From Candidatus Eiseniibacteriota bacterium (GTDB lineage Bacteria > Eisenbacteria > RBG-16-71-46), in NCBI GenBank assembly GCA_963717505.1, contig OY970342.1, forward strand, positions 2,176,001 through 2,240,000: a DNA stretch of 64,000 bases. Reading direction: 5' to 3'. Each line of letters begins with the position of its first letter. Position 1 is the stretch's first letter. Made by a program: the position numbers and the translations under genes. Of the stretch, positions 30,067 to 39,289 are shown in pieces. The notes under the pieces were generated by a model. The model was not told the DNA's origin and ran no database searches. It worked only from the letters and a program-made list of their open reading frames with translations.

Positions 30067-31527
30067 ATGCCCAACCTCTCGAAATCATCCTTCGTCACCG
30101 GCTGCCAGTGCCCCAAGCTCCTCTGGTGGACGGTCCACGAACCGCTCGCCGAGGAACTCCAGCCCGACAAGGTCCTGCTCGATCGCTTCGACCAGGGGCG
30201 CATCGTCGGCGAACTCGCTCGCCAGCGGTTTCCCGGCGGCGTGCTGGTCGCCGAGCCGCACCAGATCCGTGACGTGCGCCTTGCCGCCACGCGCGCCGCA
30301 CTCGATTCCGACGCCCCTGCCATCTTCGAAGGCGGCTTCCAGGCGAACGGCGTCTACGTCGGCGTCGACGCGCTGGTCCGCGGCAACGACGGCCTCACGC
30401 TGATCGAGGCCAAGTCGACCACCTCGCTCAAGGACGAGCACATTCCCGACGCCGCGATCCAGGCCTGGGTGCTGCGCGAGGCCGGCGTTCCGCCCGCGCG
30501 TGTCGAGGTTATGCACCTGAACAAGGACTACCGGCACCCGGACCAGGGCGATCTGTTCGTTCGCACCGACGTCACCGAGGCGGTCGCGGCGTTCATGCCC
30601 TCGGTGCCGGGGAAGGTGGCGGAGTTTGCGGAAGTGCTCGCGGGCGCGCTGCCGCGAGCACGAGATCGGCGCTCACTGCTTCGAGCCGCGCGACTGTCCG
30701 TTTCTCAAACGCTGCTGGCCCGATGATCCCAACCACATCTCGACCCTCTACAACACCGGCCCCAAGAAGACGGTCGCGTTCATGGCCGCCGGGATCCATT
30801 CGATCTGGGATCTCCCCGCCGGACCAGAAGCTCCCCGACGCCGCCCAGCGCCAGCTCAGGTCGCTGCGCGAGAACCGGCTGATCGTCGAGCCCGGGCTCG
30901 CGCGCGCGCTCGAGCCGTTCGAGAGCCCGCTCGGCTACCTGGACTTCGAGACCGTCGCCCGCGCGGTGCCGGTGTGGGAGGGGCTCGCGCCGTGGGGCCA
31001 GGCCACCGCGCAGTTCAGTTATCACGAGGAGCAGGCTGACGGGACGTTCACCCACGTCGGCTGGCTGGCCGAGGGGCCGGGTGATCCGCGTCGCGAGCTG
31101 GCGGAGGCGATGATTGAGGCGACGCGGGGGGCGCGGAAGATCGTGACCTACTCGGCGTTCGAGAAGACGCGGATCGCCGAGCTACAGCGTCTGGTGCCGG
31201 AGTTGGCTTCGCCTTTGGAAGAGCTGTTGGGGAAGCTCGTGGACTTGCTGCCGGTGGTGCGGGAGCATGTGTACCACCCCGGACTTCAAGGGCAGCTTCA
31301 GCATCAAGTACGTCCTGAATCCGCTGGTGCCGGACCTGACGTACAACGACCTGGTGATCGTCGACGGGCTGGTGGCGAGTGTCGAGATCGCGCGGCTGTT
31401 GTTCGTGGCGCACAAGATACCGGTCGAGGAGCGGGACCGGCTGCGGGCGGATCTGCTGGCGTATTGCGAGCGGGATACGTGGGCGATGGTGAGGTTGATG
31501 GGGAGGCTGAGGGAGTTGGGCGCCTAG
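30067..31527 (+). CDS. DUF2779-like protein: Cas4/RecB-type nuclease fused to an RNase H-fold 3'-5' exonuclease (frameshifts near 30655, 30820, 31280)
   Basis: LSKS...GCQCPK, VDAL...LIEAKST...DAAIQ, C..P.DCPF...C, YLDFET, QFSYH, GSFSIK.V, LLAYCERDT. Confidence 0.8.
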
Positions 31528-31777
31528 GGTCTGAATTCAGACCCTACGAAGGAGATAACCCCATGGCCATTCGAGCTGGCCAAGAGGGGCGGACTTAGCC
31601 ACTCCCGCCATGCCAAGGTGGAATCGGGCCTGCGTCCCCCTCCGAGTCTGATTTCTCTGGACTCCGACTTCCGGCAGGCGTTCAATTGCGCCGGGCCGTC
31701 GGCCGCCCCTCGGCTCCAGCCCTCCCGAACCTGTGCTGTCGTTCAATTCGCGAACGTAGTCCCGTCGCGCACGGAAA

Positions 31778-34700
31778 GTGGAGGTTGTCATGCGAGTTCA
31801 CTCTCTTGCACTCGCCCCCCGCGCCTGGGCACTTGCTCTTCTGGCATTGGGCTTCAGCCCACCGGTCACAGCGACGGGATCCGATCGCACGGAGCCGGGC
31901 GCAATGGCTGATGAGGTCCTCGTTCGGCTGAAAACATCACCCAACGGAAGCGTCCAAGGAAGCGCCGCTGTTGCGACGGAGCACGCACGGACAGTCGAGG
32001 CGTTCGCCGCACAGCACGGTCTTGTGCTCATGCGCGACTACCCACGTATCGGCGTGACCCGTTTTCGACTGCCGGCGGGAATCTCCACCGAGCAATCAAT
32101 CCAGCAATTCCGCGGCGACGATCGTGTCGTGTTCGCGCAGCCGAACTTCATCTACACCGCGAGTTCCTACCCTTCCGACACAGAACTCATTCCCCAGCAA
32201 TGGGGCGTGTTCTCCACCTTCCTTCCGTCCCTGTGGCGCCCCGGAACCGGGGCCAGCGGGAAGGTGATTGCCTTCTTGGACTCTGGTGTGGAGTCGGCTC
32301 ACGACGAGCTGCTAGGCGGACTCTGGACGAACGGGGCAGAGGTCGCTGGCAACAACATCGATGACGATGACAATGGATACATCGACGACATCCACGGCTG
32401 GAACTTCGTTGCCGAGACGGCGAACACCGCCGACGACAACGGTCACGGCACACACGTGGTGGGCATTGCCTGCGCTCGCGCTCACAATGAAGGCATCGTC
32501 GGTGTGGCACACGCAGCGACCTACCTACCGCTCAAGATTCTGAATCAATTCGGGACTGGCGTGAGCAGCGATATCGCCGCGGCCCTCGAATACGCCGCTG
32601 GGGAGCAGCCCAACGTCATCAACATGAGCTTCAACGTCGCAGCCACGCCGTTGGAGCCCGATGCGGACTGCATCGTGCGCGAGCAGATCGCGACGGCCCT
32701 CGAGGCTGGCTGCGTGCTAGTGGGGGCGGCGGGAAATTCGGGTGGTCTAGTGCAATTGCCGGCAGCTTTTCCGGGTGTCATTTCGGTCGGAGCTTCTACC
32801 CGTTTTGGAGGCGTGTGGAGTCACTCCAGCCACGGCTTCGACCTCGATGTCGTGGCGCCGGGAGTGGACATCTACAGCACATGGCTCGGCAACACGTTCA
32901 AGGCCGACAGTGGTACGTCGGAGGCCGCACCGTTCGTGAGTGGAATATGTGCACTCCTGCTGGAGCAATTCCCCGAAACAAAACCATGGGAGATGGAGCG
33001 CTACATTCGGACGCTGACTCGCAACTTGGACGGCAAGCTTCCAAGCGTCACCGGGAATCTCGACGGGTACGGGCTGGTCTCTTTCGGAACGATCTCGGAC
33101 TTCAGCAATGGCCCGCTACCCGACGCCTGGAGCCTCGACGATTTTTTCGAGTTCCTTGGTTCGGACTGGAGCGGAGAGTCGGAGGTGGCCGATGACGGGA
33201 CGACCGAGAAGCCGGATTGCGCAGACCAGATTCGGGACCTCGATGGACTTATGAATTCCTCCGGGCACGATGCCTTCGACGATGGCATGTTCAACGCGTC
33301 GGTGCCCAATCTTCCGCTGCTCCATGCGCATCTCTACGCCGGCCCGCCCCCTCCGATGAAAGTCAGGGTCGGCGTCGGCGACGTAAGCGGGAACCGCTGG
33401 GACAACGACACGCAGGTCGGGTTGCGCAGTTGGGTCGACTGGAACAGCGACAACACATTCACCGACCCGGCGGAGCGCATCTTGAGCGCGGTCTCGACTC
33501 CGCGAACATGGGGCGGAGACGACACGACGCTCGCGAGACCGTGGACGCCGAGCAATGAACACCCTCGCGGCAATCCGCTGCGCGTGCGCACACGGCTGTT
33601 CGGCCCTGGTACTACCTCGGCCCTCCCGGGCGGCATGCAAGAGTTTGGCGAGGTCGAGGACCAAGCCGTACTCAATTTCGTCGAAGATTTCGACGTGCCG
33701 GTTCCGCACCCGGTGGCGTACGCCACGTTGGGCGGGGCGTGGGGCCTGGTCAACGACAACGCGCCCAGCGCCTGCCCAGCCGTGGCCCCGCCGGTCATGC
33801 CGGATCCTCCAGTGAATCGCGGTGTGTTCAAGACGGCATTCGTGCACAAGACGTTTTGCCCGGGAAGCCAGATCGATAACCTGACTCTCCCGGAGTTGCC
33901 GGCGCCCGCGTTGGACCTACGCGAGTTGACCAAATGCTACGCGCGCGTCTGGTACGCGCACGCAATCGATCAAACTTGCATGCCCGGCGCACACGACGAC
34001 TGCAAGATCGTCCTCAAGTGCTTCGACGCCAACATGAATCCCTTACCCGACGTGACGCTGTTCGACTTTCCGGATCCGTTTTGCCCCACCGCGGGATATG
34101 CCACTGGCGAGACGCCACTGCTCGATCTTTCCCCCTACGTCGGCGGATACGCGCGGCTCGACGTCGTCCACGACGCCACCGACCTCTACGACGCACTGGC
34201 GATCGACGACGTGCGCATCTGGGGCTGGGACGACGAGGTCCCGAAACCAACGAAGATTGACGCGGCGAGCATGAACAAAGTTCGCGTAGCAACGATGTCG
34301 TGGAAACATCCACTGGAGAACGGGGCGCCGATGCCATCCGACCCGAACATTGAGCTGTATGGGGCGCGCCTCTGGACTGGCGACGATAACTGGGACACCG
34401 CCTATCGACTGACGCCGCGCGACTTCGTGCCCGGCTCGAGCTTCCCGGAAGCCGGTCCTCCAGGAGGCATGGCGACCGAATCGTTCCGGGTCCCCTCGAT
34501 CTTCGTCAACTACAAGGTCGGGTTGCGCGCCCAAGACGAGGAGGCTCTCGAGGGTTCGGACCTGCCGAAGCCATTCGCGACCGGAGGCACATTCAACCCC
34601 CTCGCCATCGCACTCAGTCCCGTGGTGGGTGGACAACCTGGCGACACGGTCAAGGTTGCCGTCATGCTCGTGAACGCCGGCAACGCCCTCGATGCGATCC

Positions 34701-37276
34701 TAGCCGATGCTTTCGACCGGCGCAGTTGGGCGCTGTGCCCTCATCGCTGGGCTGACGTTCTGGATCCGGGCGGTGTTTCAGTGGAGTCGCTTGAAGTGGC
34801 GATTCCTATGAGTGCGACGCCCGCGGACACCGACACTGTCTTCATCGCCACAACAAGTCTATCGGACGAGACCAAGACCGGTGGCGCGTTCGCGCTGGTG
34901 ATTGTTGGCTCAGGTGGGCCGTTGCCTAGTCCGCCTGACACTGTCGCCACGCCCGTGCCGTGCGCCAACATGTACGTGACCAACGGCATCGTGTACGACA
35001 CGGTTCGCAAGGGGAGCAGGATCTATGTCGGTGGTTTCTTTGAATACGTCGGCCCCCCAACGGGGAACGCCGCCGCGCTGGACGCCACGACCGCTGACCT
35101 CCTCTTCCCGAGCATGATCTCCGGCCAGGTGTACGCGGTAGAGCCGGATGGAGTGGGAGGTTGGTACATCGGCGGCATCTTCCATCATGTGGCGGGATTG
35201 CCTCGTGAAAACCTCGTGCACATCCTGGCGAACAGTACGATTGACGAATGGAATCCCGGGACGAACGGAGTCGTCAACGCCTTGAAAGTCAGTGGCGGCA
35301 GGCTCTACGTGGGAGGCAACTTCTCTCAGGTCGGCGGTCAGAATCACGCTGGTCTGGCAGCGATCGAGCTTGCGACCGGCCAGGTGACGTCGTGGGGTCC
35401 GACAACGCTAACAGGAGGCGGCATCAAAGCCATTCTCGTGCTCGGATCGAGAGTGTACGTAGGTGGCTCGTTCACAAGTATCGGCGGACGGCCATCGCAA
35501 AACCTCGCCTGGGTCGACGCAACCAGTGGCGCCGTTAACCCATGGATGCCTAATCCAAACGCTGAAGTCAATCACTTGGCATTCGGAACAAGTGGTGGCG
35601 CCACCATCTATGTATCAGGCTCATTCACTATGATCGATGGTCAGCCTCGCAACTATGTCGCAGCCTTCGCTTTTGCATCACAAAACCTAACGACCTGGAA
35701 TCCCAACCCAAATGCGATCGTCGCGACAGTACTCGTGAGTGGCTCCACGGTCTACGTCGGCGGCAATTTCGGCATTATCGGCGGCCAGCCACGGGCGGGC
35801 ATCGCCGCCCTCGATGCCGGAACGGGTGCCGCTACATCTTGGAACCCAGGCACCGACGGCACGGTGTTCGCGCTGGCGTTGAATGGAGCAACTATCTTTG
35901 CTGGCGGCCTGTTCACGACCGCCGGTGGGCAGCCCCGTCGCGGGCTTGCGGCGCTCGATGCGACTACCGGGAATGCCGAAGCGTGGGTCGCCCATGCCTC
36001 GGACGAGGTCGGCTGCCTCGCCACGGCCGGGAATTCCGTCTACGTGGGAGGTCTTTTCGGCAGCATCGGAGGCGAGAACCGGAAGAACCTCATCTCCCTT
36101 GACGCGAACACCGGACGAGTGACCAGCTGGAACCCCGATGTTAGCGGTCAGGTCGCCGCGATCGTTGTCAACGACAACACCGTCTACATCGGTGGCTTGT
36201 TCGGTTTCGTGGGCTCACAGCCCCGCAACCGCATTGCATCGATCGACGCCACGACGGGAGCGGTCAACCCCTGGAACCCGAGTGCGAACGGAGCGGTGAA
36301 CACGCTGGCGCTTGGCGGTACGACGCTCTATGCGGGCGGACTCTTCACCAGCATTGGCGGGCAGGCGCGCAACCGTCTCGCTGCGCTCAACATCGGAAGC
36401 GGGCTTGCAACGCCTTGGAACCCAAACGCCAACCTCTTCGTCAACAAGATCCAGTTGGAGGGTGAAAAGCTTTATGTCTGCGGAGCATTCACGACCATCG
36501 GCGGCCAACCCCGAAATCGCATTGCGGCGCTCATCACCAGTTCCGGAAACCCCACAGCGTGGAATCCGAACGCTAACGGCACAATCTCCACGCTAAGCAC
36601 CCTCGACGGCGATGTTTACGCTGGCGGGAGCTTCACGACCATCGGCGGCGCCGCTCGCAGATACCTGGCGGCGCTGGACAGCGCGTCCGGGAATGCACTC
36701 GTTTGGAACCCTGACCCCGACGGCCCCGTCCGTTCTCTTGCGATGCGGCCCGGGATTGTAGATGTCGGTGGAAACTTCACACAAATTGCTGGCCAAGCCC
36801 GAACTTATTTCGCCGAGCTCACTGCAAGTTCTGGACTCCCCACAGAGCGGAACCCAATCCTAGACGGACCCGTGTACGCATTGGCTGCCGATCCCTATAA
36901 CATTTTCATCGGCGGCGATTTCTACACGGTGTCCGACCTCTCCCGCAGATGCTATGCGTGCCTCAACCTCTTTCCACCTCCGGTTGGTGTCCCCCGACAG
37001 ACGTCAAAGTTCGTGCAGGCCCTCTTCAGTCGTGTTTCACCGAACCCAAGCACTAGGGGAACACGAATCGAATACGCACTGCCGCTTGCCGCCGATGTCC
37101 GTATTTGCATCTTCGACATCCAGGGCCGCACGGTGGCTCGGCTAGTCGATGAGAGGAAACAGGCGGGATCGCATTCGCTGACCTGGGATGACCCGCGATG
37201 CGGCCCGGGAGTCTATCTGGTTCACTTAGAGGCTGCGGGCATGAAGTCGACGCAGCGGCTGGTGAAGATTCGCTAG
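31778..37276 (+). CDS. secreted S8 (subtilisin-like) peptidase with GEVED-like domain, beta-propeller repeats and FlgD-Ig/T9SS-like C-terminal domain
   Basis: signal peptide; IAFLDSG, NGHGTHVVG, AAGNSG, SGTSEAAP; WVDWN...FGEVED; many YVGG.F..IGG..R...AA.D..TG...WNP repeats; PNP...IFDIQGR...GVY. Confidence 0.9.
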   Translation: MEVVMRVHSLALAPRAWALALLALGFSPPVTATGSDRTEPGAMADEVLVRLKTSPNGSVQGSAAVATEHARTVEAFAAQHGLVLMRDYPRIGVTRFRLPAGISTEQSIQQFRGDDRVVFAQPNFIYTASSYPSDTELIPQQWGVFSTFLPSLWRPGTGASGKVIAFLDSGVESAHDELLGGLWTNGAEVAGNNIDDDDNGYIDDIHGWNFVAETANTADDNGHGTHVVGIACARAHNEGIVGVAHAATYLPLKILNQFGTGVSSDIAAALEYAAGEQPNVINMSFNVAATPLEPDADCIVREQIATALEAGCVLVGAAGNSGGLVQLPAAFPGVISVGASTRFGGVWSHSSHGFDLDVVAPGVDIYSTWLGNTFKADSGTSEAAPFVSGICALLLEQFPETKPWEMERYIRTLTRNLDGKLPSVTGNLDGYGLVSFGTISDFSNGPLPDAWSLDDFFEFLGSDWSGESEVADDGTTEKPDCADQIRDLDGLMNSSGHDAFDDGMFNASVPNLPLLHAHLYAGPPPPMKVRVGVGDVSGNRWDNDTQVGLRSWVDWNSDNTFTDPAERILSAVSTPRTWGGDDTTLARPWTPSNEHPRGNPLRVRTRLFGPGTTSALPGGMQEFGEVEDQAVLNFVEDFDVPVPHPVAYATLGGAWGLVNDNAPSACPAVAPPVMPDPPVNRGVFKTAFVHKTFCPGSQIDNLTLPELPAPALDLRELTKCYARVWYAHAIDQTCMPGAHDDCKIVLKCFDANMNPLPDVTLFDFPDPFCPTAGYATGETPLLDLSPYVGGYARLDVVHDATDLYDALAIDDVRIWGWDDEVPKPTKIDAASMNKVRVATMSWKHPLENGAPMPSDPNIELYGARLWTGDDNWDTAYRLTPRDFVPGSSFPEAGPPGGMATESFRVPSIFVNYKVGLRAQDEEALEGSDLPKPFATGGTFNPLAIALSPVVGGQPGDTVKVAVMLVNAGNALDAILADAFDRRSWALCPHRWADVLDPGGVSVESLEVAIPMSATPADTDTVFIATTSLSDETKTGGAFALVIVGSGGPLPSPPDTVATPVPCANMYVTNGIVYDTVRKGSRIYVGGFFEYVGPPTGNAAALDATTADLLFPSMISGQVYAVEPDGVGGWYIGGIFHHVAGLPRENLVHILANSTIDEWNPGTNGVVNALKVSGGRLYVGGNFSQVGGQNHAGLAAIELATGQVTSWGPTTLTGGGIKAILVLGSRVYVGGSFTSIGGRPSQNLAWVDATSGAVNPWMPNPNAEVNHLAFGTSGGATIYVSGSFTMIDGQPRNYVAAFAFASQNLTTWNPNPNAIVATVLVSGSTVYVGGNFGIIGGQPRAGIAALDAGTGAATSWNPGTDGTVFALALNGATIFAGGLFTTAGGQPRRGLAALDATTGNAEAWVAHASDEVGCLATAGNSVYVGGLFGSIGGENRKNLISLDANTGRVTSWNPDVSGQVAAIVVNDNTVYIGGLFGFVGSQPRNRIASIDATTGAVNPWNPSANGAVNTLALGGTTLYAGGLFTSIGGQARNRLAALNIGSGLATPWNPNANLFVNKIQLEGEKLYVCGAFTTIGGQPRNRIAALITSSGNPTAWNPNANGTISTLSTLDGDVYAGGSFTTIGGAARRYLAALDSASGNALVWNPDPDGPVRSLAMRPGIVDVGGNFTQIAGQARTYFAELTASSGLPTERNPILDGPVYALAADPYNIFIGGDFYTVSDLSRRCYACLNLFPPPVGVPRQTSKFVQALFSRVSPNPSTRGTRIEYALPLAADVRICIFDIQGRTVARLVDERKQAGSHSLTWDDPRCGPGVYLVHLEAAGMKSTQRLVKIR

Positions 37277-37310
37277 GGGACTGAGGGAGTTGGCGGTGTA
37301 GCGCCCCACT

Positions 37311-37539
37311 GGCAGCTTCAGCATTAAGCACGTGCTCAACCCCCTGGTGCCCGACCTGACGTACAACGACCTGGTGATCGTCGACGGGCTGGTGGCGAGC
37401 GTCGAGATCGCGCGGCTGTTGTTCGTGGCGCACAAGATACCGGTCGAGGAGCGGGACCGGTTGCGGGCGGATCTGCTGGCGTATTGCGAGCGGGACACGT
37501 GGGCGATGGTGAGGTTGATGGGGAGGCTGAGGGAGTTGG
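37311..37539 (+). repeat. 229-bp copy of the DUF2779-like gene 3' end
   Basis: ungapped match to 31291-31519 with 10 substitutions, 9 synonymous; a 13-bp mini-copy CTGAGGGAGTTGG lies at 37281-37293. Confidence 0.95.
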
Positions 37540-37861
37540 CCGGGATTTCTCAGGATTGAGCTTCACCTGCAAGTCTGCGAGCAGGTCACCGAAATCCAGA
37601 CAACAAACCGGCGGCCGCAGTGGCCTATCTTTGACTTGACCTCCAACGATGGCAGGCCTAGCGTCCTATGCGGCAGGGATGGGCCGCCCCCACCTTTCGT
37701 CTCCTGCCTTTGGCTCCATCGCAGATCAGTCGCGCATGGCTGATTACGACGACGGGCAGAGTGGCGCTGGCGCTCAGATGCTTGGACGCGAGCTCAAGCC
37801 AATCGTGTCGTGCATGTCTTATTGCCGCCCGGCATCTGCAGTACGCAAAGGAGTGTGACCA

Positions 37862-38731
37862 ATGTGGCCTCGTACGCGAGCAAGTTGCATGTTCCTTTTC
37901 TCACTGCTGGCCATTTCGGTGAGCCCATGTGTGAGTCAGGGAGCGGAAAAACACCGGCAATCCATCAAGAACAACACTGGCGGCGACGTGAACGACCTCA
38001 AGTTGAGGTTCACAGACGACTTGAGCAGTAAGCCGAAGTTGTGGCATACGGGTGGCGCGGTCGACGTGAACGACAACGATAGGAACGATGCCAGCGAGCG
38101 AGTGGATGCGAGTTCGCAGTCCGCCAGCAACTTTCAGGCCGATTGGGCGCAAAGCACATTTGGCCGAATTCCGAACGGCGGAATAGCAGAAGTTGACTTT
38201 GAGGGAGCGCCGGAGATAGACGCGGATCACGCCAATTCCCAGTGGACACTAGACGGCGTGAACAAGGGAGCGCCTGTGGTTGTCGGCGAGCCCATGCATA
38301 TTGCGTTCAACCTAGGTACGAGCGAAGCATCCGTGACATTTGTAAACAACGGAGCGACGGCCATTACTTACTCGGACATTCAACTGTTCAAGAACAACAG
38401 CGTTGCACAGTTTGACTTGTTGCAGTTCATGGAAGCAACTGGCACGGCTGTGTCAGCGCCGAGCACGATCGTGCTCAATCCCGGCCAAGTATCGACCATC
38501 TCGCTCGGCATTGTTCAGATTGGCTCGACCTACCAACTCGCCATCGCTCGGGTTTCCGAGAACGCCAATCCGAGTGTCTTGTACAGTCTTGTTACCGGAG
38601 CGACACCGCTCGAAGCAATGCCTGCAACGTCACGATGGGGCGTAGGTGCCCTGATGGTTCTTCTCTTGTCGTCGGGCGTTTGGATGGTTGTCATGGTGCG
38701 GAAGGCGGCTACTGATACCACGACGACGTAA
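37862..38731 (+). CDS. secreted protein with IPTL-CTERM-like C-terminal anchor
   Basis: signal peptide; ends MPATSRWG + hydrophobic helix + RK; AT-richer than host genes. Confidence 0.65.
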   Translation: MWPRTRASCMFLFSLLAISVSPCVSQGAEKHRQSIKNNTGGDVNDLKLRFTDDLSSKPKLWHTGGAVDVNDNDRNDASERVDASSQSASNFQADWAQSTFGRIPNGGIAEVDFEGAPEIDADHANSQWTLDGVNKGAPVVVGEPMHIAFNLGTSEASVTFVNNGATAITYSDIQLFKNNSVAQFDLLQFMEATGTAVSAPSTIVLNPGQVSTISLGIVQIGSTYQLAIARVSENANPSVLYSLVTGATPLEAMPATSRWGVGALMVLLLSSGVWMVVMVRKAATDTTTT

Positions 38732-38772
38732 CTCGTAAGCGTCTGTAGTTCAGTGTCGGTGCACAATTGCTT

Positions 38773-39227
38773 GCCGAGGGGCCGGCCGGCCGCGTCGCAA
38801 GCTGGCGGAGGCGCTGATTGCGGCGACGCGCGAGGCGCGGAAGATCGTCACCTACTCGGCGTTCGAGAAGACGCGGATTGCCGAGCTACAGCATCTGGTG
38901 CCGGAGTTGGCTGGGCCCTTGGAAGAACTGCTGGCGAAGCTCGTGGACTTGCTGCCGGTGGTGCGGGGGCATGTGTACCACCCCGGCTTCAAGGGGAGCT
39001 TCAGCATCAAGGACGTGCTGAATCCGCTGGTGCCGGACCTGACGTACAACGACCTGGTGATTGTCGACGGGCTGGTGGCGAGTGTCGAGATCGCGCGGCT
39101 GTTGTTCGTGGCGCACAAGATACCGGTCGAGGAGCGGGACCGGCTGCGGGCGGATCTGCTGGCGTATTGCGAGCGGGATACGTGGGCGATGGTGAGGCTG
39201 ATGGGGAGGCTGAGGGAGTTGGGGGCC
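38773..39227 (+). repeat. about 455-bp copy of the DUF2779-like gene 3' end (gene fragment)
   Basis: matches about 31068-31524; encodes KIVTYSAFEKTRIAEL...LLAYCERDTWAMVRLMGRLRELG. Confidence 0.95.
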
Positions 39228-39250
39228 AATTTAGCGGGGCCGGCGAGCCC

Positions 39251-39289
39251 TTGACGGATGGACCCTTCCTGCGTACACATGTACGCATG
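39251..39289 (+). promoter_or_regulatory. putative leaderless promoter with 8-bp inverted repeat
   Basis: TTGACG begins 36 nt before ATG 39287 (same offset as the two other MNT genes); TGCGTACA-CA-TGTACGCA; -10 box weak. Confidence 0.6.

Noticed and set aside
30067-31800. CRISPR-Cas locus suggested by the Cas4-like domain
   Set aside because: No regularly spaced repeat-spacer array and no cas1, cas2 or effector genes were seen.
31291-39227. Diversity-generating retroelement (TR/VR pair) explaining the near-identical repeats
   Set aside because: Differences are not adenine-specific on either strand, are mostly synonymous, and no reverse transcriptase is present.
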